Shown: piece after piece, positions 53,129-64,000 of the stretch
Layout: every line of letters starts with the position of its first letter
Numbering within the stretch: the stretch's first letter is position 1
Source of the DNA: Glaucostegus cemiculus
Lineage: Eukaryota
Direction of reading: 5' to 3'
Assembly: GCA_976551045.1 (NCBI GenBank)
Contig: CDPCPM010000026.1
Span: 21,514,001 to 21,578,000 of the forward strand
Length of the DNA stretch: 64,000 nucleotides
Notes under the pieces: model-generated
Told to the model about the DNA's origin: nothing
Databases searched by the model: none
What the model saw: the letters and a program-made list of their open reading frames with translations, nothing else
Translations under genes and position numbers: made by a program

Positions 53129-53792
53129 AATGACCAGAATCCAATCAATGACTAGAAAGCTCACACTTCCTGGTAATGTCACTACCTCAACACTATGAAT
53201 TCTGAGATAGTGTTGTGCTGTTGGTACAAAAGGCAGCATTGATTTGATGTTATCCAATTTGAATCTGATAAGATTAAATGCCTTCTTAAACAGATTATTT
53301 TGTTGTGTTGCTCATACGAGATTTTTTTCAACCCAGCTTTGGAATCTCCTCCAGTTTTCCAGTTGATTCTCTCCCACTGTGTTCTGTCCCCTTACAGTGT
53401 GTTCCAGTGACAGTGGCAGCAGCAAGTGCCTCAGTTAAGTGCTCATTTTTCACAGGATTCTGCAACAAGACTATTGGCTGCATATTTGACTCTGGACAAC
53501 ATTATGTCCAAGCATCTCCATAACTAACATGCACACGCTTTTTCCCTTGTTTGGGTGAGAGGCCAAGCTGCCCGATACCATTCCTGAGCTAGTGAGTGAA
53601 TGCCACATTTCAAACCTGGCTGAACCGGTCAGCACAAAACTGGCATCAAAACTGGCAATTTCCAAGTCAAGGAGATTTCCCAATCAACATTTAGACACAT
53701 TAAGACTGCTCAATGTAGAAATCAGAGAGTGACAGGCAAGTCTCACAAGACACCCGGCAGATATTTACGTATTTCTATTTTGCTGTTAAAGG

Positions 53793-54396
53793 AATCAGGT
53801 TTATTATCACTGTCTTGTATGACAGGAAATTTGTTGTTTTGCAGCAGCAGTACAGTGCAAAGACATAAAATTACAATAAATTACAAAAATAAACAGTGCA
53901 AAAAAATGTAACAATGAGGTAGTGTTCATGAGTTCATGGACTGTTCAGAAATCTGATGGCAGAGGGGAAGAAGCTGTTCCTAAATCCTTGAGTGTAGGTC
54001 TTTAGGTTCCTGTACCTCCTCCCTCATGGTAGTAATGAAAAGAGGGCATATCCCGGATGGTGAGGGTCCTTGATGATGGATGCTGCTTTTTTGAGGCACC
54101 ACCTCTTGAAGATATCCTTGAGGGTGGGAAGGGCTGCACCAATGATGGAGCTGGCTGAGTCTACAACCCTCTGCAGTATCTTGCAGTCCTGTGCATTGGA
54201 GGCTCCATACCAGGCTGTGATACAATCAGTCAAAAAGCTCTCCACTGTACATCTAAATAAATTTGCAAGAGTCCTTGGTGACATACCAAATCTCCTCAAA
54301 TTCCTAACAAAGTAGAGTCATTGGCATGCCATCTTCATGATTGCATCAATGTGTTGGGCCTAGGACAGATCCTCAGAGATATTGACACCCAGGAAC
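53793..54396 (-). mobile_element. 5'-truncated Rex1/Babar-type LINE
   Basis: LRRFGMSPRTLANLFRCTVESFLTDCITAWYG...LQRVVDSASSIIG...KKAASIIKDPHHPGYALFSLLP. Tail gtgataataaacctgatt. Confidence 0.88.
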
Positions 54397-55179
54397 GTAA
54401 AGCTTAAAGTGCAAGGTTTTTAAAACGTTGTCTTCTAATGAAATGTGGCAAAGTTTGAATTTACCCACTAGCTATTAGCAGGTGTGTTTAAAGATTTCAT
54501 GTTGCTATGCCATGCTGGGATGGCAACATTCATGCATCCCTGCAGTGTGCCTTGAAGAGAGCCAGTTAAAAGATGGCACTGTAATACCGGACAGTAGGTG
54601 CTGGAAGGAGGAAACTGTGCTATGTGAGATTAGGAGAATGGAGCTGGTTAGTTTGTGCACTTTTTCTTTGCTACCAGATGGTAGGGAACAGGTGCATGAT
54701 CAAGGGTGCAAGTAGAAGGGAGTGGTAGGGAAGGGGCAAATCCCTATTTTGTAGGAGGAAACAATTGCTTGTAATTCAAGAGCTGGTCAACCAAATTAAT
54801 TCAGCAGTTGACAAAGAGGTTTCAAGTTGTTTGTCTTTTGCTACGTATAATTAAAGTAGATCATGGAAACATGAGCAAAGAGGAGTTAGCACATTACCAT
54901 AATGTCATTTGCAACAATAAAATACCAATAGTCTTCTGCAACCTGTAAAACCAATAGAACTTACTTTGACAACAAAGCTTAGCCTTTAAGCCAGAAACTG
55001 GTAATACAGATGTTTAGGGATCAATGTACCAGGTACATTGGAGATAATTTTTCCTGAATGATGATCAGTGGCATTGGAGAAAGTCTGAGTGTAAAGACAT
55101 AAATATTAATATTTCTGCACCCATTTCAGATGTAGAAATGCCATTGAAGAGGTTTGGCTACAGTGTTAATCTGAAGCAA

Positions 55180-56280
55180 AATGGGGAAGTCCTACAGAGT
55201 CTCAGAGGCTAAAGGAAATAAAATGGACAATGAGTCAAAGCACAAGACAAAAAAAAGTACAACTCAAAGCATGGTCAAAGAGTTCAGTTTTAAGGAAGGT
55301 CTTTATGTGAAAGAGGCAAGCAAAAAATAGGAAGGACTGCCCTAAGCAGAGATCTTTAGAAGCCGCTTTTAATGATGGAACAGAAGGAGGGAAAGATATG
55401 CATGACCCATGGGCCAGGGGAACAGGAAGTTTAGTGGTGTAGGTGTGAGGGTGCTTTGGGTGGGGGCAAGAGAATTGGGGTGGGGGTTATAATGCTGTAG
55501 GACACTACAGAGACATGATACATTATATGCTATCCTTGTCAGTGCACCTACAACCTAGAAGCAAATTAATAGACAGGATGGACTGAGGCTAAAACAAGAT
55601 TTGAAGAGGATAAAGATGCTAAATCTGAGGTGACGGGGTACTAGGACCCAATGTAGCTGAACCAGGATTGGTTTGAAGTAGGATGTGTGTGATGACATTT
55701 TAAATGAGCTGATCAATACAGAAGGTAGACAGGTACAGGTACATGGATAGAAAAGGTTTAGAGGAACATCGGCCAAATGTAGGCAAATAGAATGAGCTCA
55801 GATAGACATCTTGGTGGGAGGGACGATTTGGGCCAAAGGGCCTGATCCCGTGCTGTATGACTCAATGACTCTTTAATGGAATGTAAGAAGCTTTGTTGTA
55901 AAATGCAGGAAGTTGAAGACAGTGCAGGAATAGTGATGATAGGAGCAGTGTACTGAATTAAAACAATGAGTGAGCAGAAGCTTTATGTCAACCTTGTGGA
56001 CTGAAGATGGTTGTGCAAGTAGTCACCAAATCTACTCTGGTCTTCCTGGTTTAGTGAAGTCTGTGTCATGAGCAGCAGATATAGTGTTAAATTGAAAGCA
56101 GTATAAGTGAAATATTTTTTCACCTAGAATGAATGTCTGGAATCCTGGACGATTGAGATGGTGAAGATAAAGGAGCAATTGTTGCATGGAGAGGTATTTG
56201 AAAATGGGAATAGGAGTGAGAAGTGAATTAGGATGCCATGGAGCAGTGGATACTTTGGAATATTGAAAGGGGAGTAGAGA
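55180..56280 (-). mobile_element. Decayed L2 LINE, interrupted by a CR1 tail
   Basis: caaagcatggtcaaagagttcagttttaaggaaggtcttta and gatttgaagaggataaagatgctaaatctgagg...ccaatgtagct (minus QLHWVLV..LRFSIFILFK). Parallels 34058-34500. Confidence 0.6.
55722..55872 (+). mobile_element. CR1 3' end
   Basis: gacaggtac...atggatagaaaaggtttagagg...ttgggccaaagggcctgatcccgtgctgtatgactcaatgactct. Confidence 0.8.
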
Positions 56281-56569
56281 GATGATGTGCTTGATGCATC
56301 TCAATGAGTGGAAATCATAGAATCAGAAATAGAAGAGGACAGTCTATTGGATGTGCAGATTGGTGTGGTGGCAAATGAGGATGGGATGGTGGGGTGGGTG
56401 AGTCTATTGTGGTTCTGACAGGAGGAAGACAGAGTGCAATCAGTGGGAAGTGGTACAGAGTGGAGGGTCCCACCAATCACAGTGGAGTGGAAGCCAAATT
56501 TGCACCGCTTCACAGATCAAACCTAACCCCAGCAAACATTTTCTTCCTGCCTTGCTTAAAACCAGTTTA

Positions 56570-56675
56570 ATCAGAGCTGGAGAAAGCAGTGACATGATAC
56601 ATTAACTTTGTTTGTCTCTATGCAGATTCTGCCTGATCTGCTGAATATTTTCAGCATTTTCTGCTTTCATTTCTC
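56570..56675 (+). mobile_element. PLE terminal-repeat fragment
   Basis: cattaactttgtttgtctctatgcagattctgcctgatctgctgaatattttcagcattttctgctttcatttc. Confidence 0.6.
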
Positions 56676-59454
56676 AGACTAATACCTTACATTGGCACTT
56701 TCAGTAGTCAGGTACTAAAAGTACTGACAACAGGATGTACTGCTTGACTGTTTAATAATGTGCTATCAACCATTTTCTCCAATCTGCTGCCAATGCGCTT
56801 AGAGGATGACCACATCGCTTAAAATGATAGATTTTCATATAATTGTGATTAATGACTGCTTCCTCACAAAAATGCCAATAGCCAATATCGGTTCAACTGT
56901 ATAAAAGTTTTTTTTTGTGTAACCCTATTGTGTTAGGCATTATGAGGCAGAACTGAAATCAGCAAATGCTATTCATGTAGAGGCAATGGCTTCAAAACAC
57001 CCTTGTTTGTTACAAAAAAAAGGATAACAATAAAGACCTCTCAATGGTTTTTGTTTGAAGTCTTTAAATGCATTCCAACTAGTGCACACTGAGTTGCACC
57101 ATACAATTATGCTTCTTTCCTGCTATCTCACAACAATTAGGTACTCAATACTTGGAATTACCTATTAATAATGGTATGCAATTTTGTTGCTCATTTTGCA
57201 CTCAAAACAGACAAACACAACTTTTAAATATCTGGCTATATTCAGCTGTAAGTGTGATTCCAGGCTCAAAGACAATAATATTATAGAAACTTTAGCCATT
57301 CAGCTTTGAGACCTTTAAAAACTACAGCTAGGATCACTAAGACTTCCACACCCTCTCCCTTCTAAAGATGTGATGATAGAGTAGGTTCTGGAAAATGTTC
57401 AAAAAGCAGTAAAAATGTCAAGAGAAGAAATAGTCTCAAATAGAACAGTTCACAACTTGAAGGGGTCACATTTTAAAAGCTGCAGTATGGGGTAAATCTT
57501 GGGTCATGTTTTGGGCCATTCAATTAGACTGAGCTGATTTACAGTTTAGATGCATCTTCTCAATATTTTCTGTGCCTGTGCCTAGTGCTTAATCAGATAT
57601 GGATTATGGAAATTGAATCACACCCACAAGTAGTATTATCATCACATTGGCCGAAACAAAAATGCACAAACTGAATCCTCTCTGTCTTATGTCCCCTGAA
57701 GGTAAAGATATTAAGGAAGAGGAACTGACTTGTAAACCTGTACAAAAGCAAACAAACACTTTACATGTGGATACTAAATCTTTGCAGATGCACCCTCCTG
57801 CTTCTAAGCAAAATAATATATTTCAAAAGTTAAGACAAAAAATATACAGGAATTAAGAAACAAATGAGTTTTAAGAATAGAAGCTCCTAATTAATCAGTG
57901 AGCAATTCATTGTCTAAAGTTACCATGCAGATATCAGGAGAAAAATCACCTGTAAAATCTGGTCAAAATCAAAAAAAAATTATATCAATAGAATTTGAAG
58001 GAAAATTGAAGTATCAACCAAGAGCCTCCTGAAGGAATATTATAATTTTAATTTAAAATATTAATTGTTTTGATATTTTAAAATGATATATTATTGTTCA
58101 GAAGCAGACAAGGAAAACCAAAAGATAAATTCCATCACACCACACTGCTCTATCCAAAGCAATGGAATTGAAAACCAACTTGCTTTTATCTATGTTGAAA
58201 TAATGATTGCCAGGCAAACATGCTTCTAACACTTGATGATACTTAAAGTGTTCATCAATACTATTTTTGTTCAATAAATAAAATAAAAACATTGAAAAGA
58301 GCTGATATTTCTTCCTCAAGGCCAATAAGTGATGGGTGAAAGATGATGTCCTTGCCAACAATGCTCATGTGCTATACAATAAATGTTTCCTCAGAATATT
58401 TATTTAAAAGAGGAATTGGTTTATTGGTCTTGTACAATATTCCAAAGTTCCATCAAGGTAATGCCACATTTAATCCGGTAATCACTCTGGAATGGAGTGC
58501 ACAGTTCCACCATCTTATCAACTCTTCCAGTACAGAAGACCCACTCTATCAGTCACATTCCTGCTGCAGTCACAGGGAGCATCTTTGACAGCAGAGACCT
58601 CACTATCCTCCCTGTCTCCACAGGTAAGAATTTGTGGTTGGGTAGAGTTTAAGTGCCAACACTAGTGTTGCTGATTTGGATACAATTGGGTTTCAAAGGA
58701 AAAAGGGACTGTAACTGCCTGGTTACTAATCTTGGGACTGGAATCACTCCAAGTTCCACAGGAAAAAGGTACAGAAATTTATTAAATATTAGCGTACTCT
58801 ATATTCACAAATTAGATGAATATAATGTGTGTGTTTTGAAGTTGGAGGAGAAAGTTAGGGTTTTCAATGTCACCGTACCACAAAAACAGCTTTGATCTCC
58901 AGTCTTTTTATTCATTTGTGTTTAAATGAAAAATTCCAGGTTACCACCTGTGTTTATAGCCCTTCTGTTTGATGTCACTTAGTGTGGCTGCACTCTACTG
59001 ATCTACACCATTTGTTAAATTCCTATTACATACTGCCATCTGCCATTCGCTTACACCAGCCACTCTCCCAAGCATCTGGCCATGCACAAAGTCACAGTCA
59101 CTCAGTACTCTCCAAAGAAATATTCCATACATAACTCTCACTGCATCCAAGAGGTTTGAATTTTTCTAAGTAATATTTTTCTCCAGAATATTTTTATAGC
59201 TGCTGTCATGAAGAAGCTACGTAAATAAATAAAAATTGGCATTCTAAGAGATATTAGGCCAATTCCTTAATCTGCCTCTTCTTCGGTTTTCTAAGTGCAT
59301 TAGGCAACTCACTTTCTTTGGGAAAAGAATTTTTTAAAAAAATCAGTGGACATTTGTAGAAACAACAAAATCTGCACACATTTTCTTTCACGGGAAAGAT
59401 CCGATGACTTTCAGTGGGTGAAAATTTTCAGGAGTCATGACACAGAATTAATGA

Positions 59455-60290
59455 TGAAATAGTTGGATTAAAAATTGGCTTGGCAAGGGAAAACAGGATG
59501 TGATGATAAATGGAAAAAAGGTCTAGGTGGAGGTTGGTGATGATTGAAGTTTGCTTGCAGTCATTCAGCTTCACTGTTCTCCACATTCATAAATAATATG
59601 AAGCAAGGCACTTTTAATAAAATTATAAAATTGGCTCAGCACAAGCTACTAATTTAGTCAGGTGATGAATATAAGCAATTTCAAATGCATTCAGAGGGAT
59701 CTAAACAATTAAGCAAATAGGCTAAGCAGTAGTGGATAGATTTTAATGCAGATATATAAATGAAGGGTAATGCATACTGCAACAGGAAACATATGCCAAG
59801 TATGCCAAATGAAAGGATGTCCATTAACAAAGGTGGAAAAGAAAAGCACTTGGGTGTGATTATTGATGATTCACTGGATGTTTCCAGTCAGTGGAAAGCT
59901 GTTACAAACAAGGTAATCAAGTATTGGGATGTATCTCAAGGGCATTTGGTTACAAGTCAAAACAAGTTATTTTAACTTCATGCAGATCTGGAGTACTGGA
60001 AATAACTTTGAGTGCCCCACTTCAAAGAACATCCTTGGGCTAATATTCATTCTGAGAAGAGTGACATAAATTTCCCCAGGACTTTATGGCCAATTTATCA
60101 AACAAAAATTTACAGGACTGGGAGAAGAGGTGCACAAAACCGAACTTTTGGAAAAGCTACAAACATAGATTATATAAATAAAACCAAGTTATCTGATTAG
60201 TAACATGAATACAGAACGCCTCTGTGAATTTACGAAGTTCAAGCAAGTTGAATATTCTCCACATAGTGTAGATGATATGAATCTCCATCA
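59455..60290 (+). mobile_element. Ancient CR1 RT-domain relic
   Basis: Broken motifs SWIKNWL..KQDVMINGK, LFSTFINNM, IQRDL, DFNAD, EKHLGVIIDDSLDVSSQW, LEYW...PHFK. Confidence 0.65.
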
Positions 60291-60457
60291 AAAGCAATTA
60301 ACTCTAAAAGAGTTTAGAGTTAAAGAAATAGCTGGACAAACATCTGGTTTGATGGTTATGAGTTACATATGGACTGAAGTGCTCAAATCCTTCAAAAATC
60401 ATTTTGATTCCCTTGTTACTTCACCTATGGAAATATCATCTATTGAAAAGTGAAGAT

Positions 60458-60780
60458 TGAAAAACTGCAGATTCTAGAAATATGAAATAAAAACAGAAAA
60501 TGTTGGAAACAGTCAGCGGATCAGGCAGCATCTGTGGAAGGCAAACTGGATTTAACATTTCAGGTCAAAGAAAAGAAGTTAGTATCAAGTTCTAGTGAGA
60601 GTGGGTAAGGCAGGGATAGGACAAAAAGAGCATCTCAGATAATGCGAGGTTCAGGGTTGCCCTGGGAATAAGCTTTAAATGTGGCAATCTGGTCAATAGA
60701 TTAATGGAGGCTGACAGGGAGTGAAAACATGGTCCTTTGTTCATATAAGCTAGGAAAGAAGGACCCAGCACATAAATGCA
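60458..60780 (-). mobile_element. PLE terminal fragment
   Basis: aactgcagattctagaaat...aaaatgttggaaacagtcagcggatcaggcagcatctgtgga...ttaacatttcaggtca. Confidence 0.65.
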
Positions 60781-60804
60781 ATCACAAGGAAAGCGTACCA
60801 GTGT

Positions 60805-61362
60805 CTTTACATTCTCAGAACGTTAAGGAGGTCTGGCATGTCAGTGAACACTAACAAACTTCTACAGATTTACTGCTGAAAGTATCCTGACTGGTCGCAT
60901 CATGGTCTGGTATGGCAATTCGAATGTTCAGAAACGCAAGAAGCTGCAGCGGGTAGTGGACTTGGCCCAATACATCAGCAGCACTTCCCTCCCCACATCA
61001 GCACCTCCTCAGCAAAGTAGTATCAATCATCAAAGATCTCTACCATCCAGGCCAAGCCATGTTCTCGCAGCTACCATCAGGCAGGAAGTTCAAGGTTCAA
61101 GAACAGCTACTTCAAGAACAGCTACTTCCATTCAACCATTCAGTCCTGAAACATAGCAACACCATGACCACTTTGCACTACAATAGGCTTTGTTCTTTTT
61201 TTGTTCTAATTGTGCTCTCTCTCGTAAAACTTATGCGTAATTTATGTTTTATTTGTTTTCTTGTGAATGCTGTGTATCAGATGCTACTGCAAGTAAATTT
61301 ATCACTGCACCTGTGCATACTTGTACTTGTGCATATGGCAAGAAATTTGACTTGGACTTTAA
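60805..61362 (+). mobile_element. 5'-truncated Rex1/Babar-type LINE with internal deletions
   Basis: LRTLRRSGMS, FYRFTAESILTGRIMVWYGNSNVQKRKKLQRVVDLAQYI, FSQLPSGR, FKNSYF. Confidence 0.85.
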
Positions 61363-61929
61363 AATGAGGGTAGTTGAAGAGTGAGAACACAAAGGACTGT
61401 ATGAGTTGCAAAAAGTAGGGATGCAGAACACTCCCAACATTAGCACAGGCTGACTTACTGTGAAAATAGGAAGATGTCTTCTTCAAACTTTTAAAGTAGA
61501 ACCATACAGAGAATGGGTGCTTATCCAGGTCCCACAAGCCCACAAGGAAAACTTAGACTTCCTCTGCTCTGAACTCTTGTTTTGATTGCAATTCCTTCCA
61601 GAAAACCCACCCATTCAGTGAGGGAATATTGGGATTGTTCCTTCAAGCTTAATAGCTGATTCCTACCACTTTTTCTCTTTCGAGCAGCCTTACCAGCAGA
61701 CCTCAAGTGGAACATTGCTGCTTTTTCCAAGAGAGCTCAGGAAAGCTTCCGGGATACATTGTTGTAAAACATTGTTGAGCAGCGATGTTCCTCTTTGCTC
61801 CAAAGGACTACCTGTGGCCCTGTGCAACATCTGAACTGCCTGGTTGCACAGCTGCTTTGAATCACAAGCTGCCCAGTCAGAGCACTCAGTCTCCTGGTCA
61901 AGTTTAAAATGAGGCTCAAGCTTGAACTG

Positions 61930-62156
61930 GAGACAAGAAACTGCAGATGCTGGAATCTGGAGCAACAAGCAATCTGCTGGAGGAACTCAGCGGGTTGAGC
62001 AGCATCTGTGTGGGGGGAGGGGGGAGGGGGGAGGGGGGAGGGGGGAGGAATTGTTGAACTTGCGGCAGGGTTTCAAATCGAAATGTCGACGATTTCTTTC
62101 CTCCCAGAGATGCTGCTCGACCTGCTGAGTTCCTCCAGCAGGTAGTTTGTTGTTCG
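61930..62156. mobile_element. Fold-back (palindromic) PLE-derived element
   Basis: Left arm ctgctggaggaactcagcgggttgagcagcatctg and right arm agatgctgctcgacctgctgagttcctccagcag are reverse complements. Confidence 0.88.
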
Positions 62157-64000
62157 AGCTTGAATTGGTTGTTGAATCTTTGTTCCTAGTGATGGGTAAA
62201 CTGTTAGCCCACTCTGCTGCCCCACCACCTTTTCTCCTCTGGCATCTTCCAGTAACACTGTCCTGTTGTTTATTAATATCTAGAGGAAAATGACCAAATA
62301 TCTTCCAGATAAAAGCCACCATTTTGAGAGAGATATATTATTTTACTTCAGAAGTATTTATTAAAATAAAGAACCTTGATTTACATCAGTTTTATTGTAC
62401 CCCCAAAAAATCACCCACAAAGTTTCCTGCTTGCCGGTCAGAAGTTATAAAGGAGAAAACACCCCCTTTAGCATTTGAGTATCTGATTCATTGAAATGCT
62501 TTGCATTTAAATCCATTAATAAGGGGGGGGACAAGAAAGAAATGAATACCCTTTGCCTTTTATTGATATAAGTACATGTAAAATGCTTAAATGCAGTGTC
62601 CATAGAAAGGATTTACAGAAACCTGGGCGCATACTGGTGTGCTCAGCCCAATTTAGAACACCACACATTTCAGTGGTTTCCTTACAAACCAATCCCTCTT
62701 TGCAGTCTGGTGACCCCTGTGCAGCTGTGTTGTGCAGATCTCCAGCTGCTAGCATAACTTTTGCTTAGCACATGACCAATGACACTTTGTGTTCCTTCCA
62801 TTTGTAGTCTGACTTTGTTGGGCAGGGCTTCAAAATAAAAGCAATGCCTAGTGGGCCATTTAAAAAGAAAATGCTTGATATCAAATGTGGTTTGGATAAT
62901 ACACCTCACCTGGAATCATTTGCCACTAGGGAATCTCCCCGTTACAATGTCACAATGGAGACAAAGTGAAAGAGCCTGCTTTGAAATTAGCAAAGTAGGA
63001 GGTACAGCAAAAACTAAATAAATTGCTGCCTTTTATTGGAAGTTGGAAATCTGATGTGTTGTGTTTGTGAGAATTTTAAAAGCCCTGAAAAATGATGTTG
63101 AAGACTGCATCAATAATGGTGTTTAATTGCACCACTATTTACTGCATTTCAGAACCCTAATAAATAGGACTCTCAGTGCTGGAATGAATTACATAACCAA
63201 TCGTTATTTATGTGCATCTTTACAAGTCCCAGATTTTAGATATTTTTACATTTATTAGATTTAGATTGTTTTAAATGGTCCTATGAGTATGTAGAAAGTT
63301 AGGTATGCAACACATTGATTTTAGGTAATGTGTAAGTGCTCTAGTGTGATATACAGCAAGGGCTTCCCAAAAGAGTAGTGAGTTGGGGAAGGGAAGGGTG
63401 AGGGGAGGAGGAGGGAGACAGATAGGGTAGGGGATAGCAGGAGACCACAGAAGTAAAAACAGATCACAGGAGGGTAATAATAGATGATCATATCCAACCA
63501 AGGAGATGGACAGGTTACCTGTACTTCACTGATGGATTCAAGCAAATGATATCATGCGGGAACCAACTCGGAAAAGAAACCAGACCAATGGCTTCAACTT
63601 TCAGTGAATGGAAATTACCATTTGCAATGTTTCAAATCAAACATGCTTCCATGTGACATTCTGTGCTTGATTTTAATCAAGTCTTGTTTTGTAGTTCTGA
63701 CTGGTCTATTCCTTCTACTAAAATAGCACACAATGGAAAACTGAGATTTTTATGGCATAATATTGCAAAGTAACTGAAAGCCTTTGATACTCTTGGGCCT
63801 GATAACACTAAAATAGCAGAGGAAGATCCAGTATATTATTTTCTACATCCAATCATAGTTTTGTAGGATACAGCAATTAAACCTAGAGATGTTATTAAAA
63901 ATAGATTCAATACAGTAACAAAAGCAATCAACATACACTGTAAAAGAATGCAGTTCTGCGCAATGAGGCTGAGCTGGTTCACTGACCTGAAACGTTAGCT

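Larger units (their letters stand above)
33725..64000 (-). other. Upstream ZFHX3 intron (partial, >30 kb)
   Basis: No upstream zinc-finger exon in the ORF track. The region is repeats plus unique non-coding DNA. Confidence 0.75.

Noticed and set aside
1-64000. CRISPR arrays, operons, rRNA, prokaryotic or viral systems
   Set aside because: No regularly spaced repeat-spacer array, no long ORFs and no rRNA-like or viral coding sequence. The content is that of a vertebrate intron.

Overview
Vertebrate genomic DNA that is AT-rich, CpG-poor and dense in repeats. The SINE, LINE and Penelope families resemble those of cartilaginous fishes, probably a ray or sawfish-type batoid (inferred from recalled repeat consensus sequences). 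The only host coding sequence I can support is one 232-nt internal exon of ZFHX3 (ATBF1) on the minus strand at 33493-33724. It encodes a C2H2/U1-type zinc finger and has canonical splice sites. The rest looks like the two flanking introns (each >30 kb), filled with decayed CR1, L2, Rex1/Babar and Penelope retroelements, tRNA-derived V-type and Deu-type SINEs, and probable Harbinger-like relics. Other ORFs in the track are transposon fragments or chance ORFs. The most notable structures are: (1) a ~96%-identical 227-bp inverted repeat (49781-50631) in otherwise unique-looking sequence, with one arm bracketed by a second 13-bp inverted repeat; (2) several degenerate hammerhead-ribozyme cores in Penelope termini, two of them inside fold-back elements; (3) inverted repeat pairs bracketing the lone exon; (4) several nested insertions. 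I found no evidence of an intact novel system such as a CRISPR array, operon or complete autonomous element. Repeat boundaries are approximate and family names come from recall, not from a database search.
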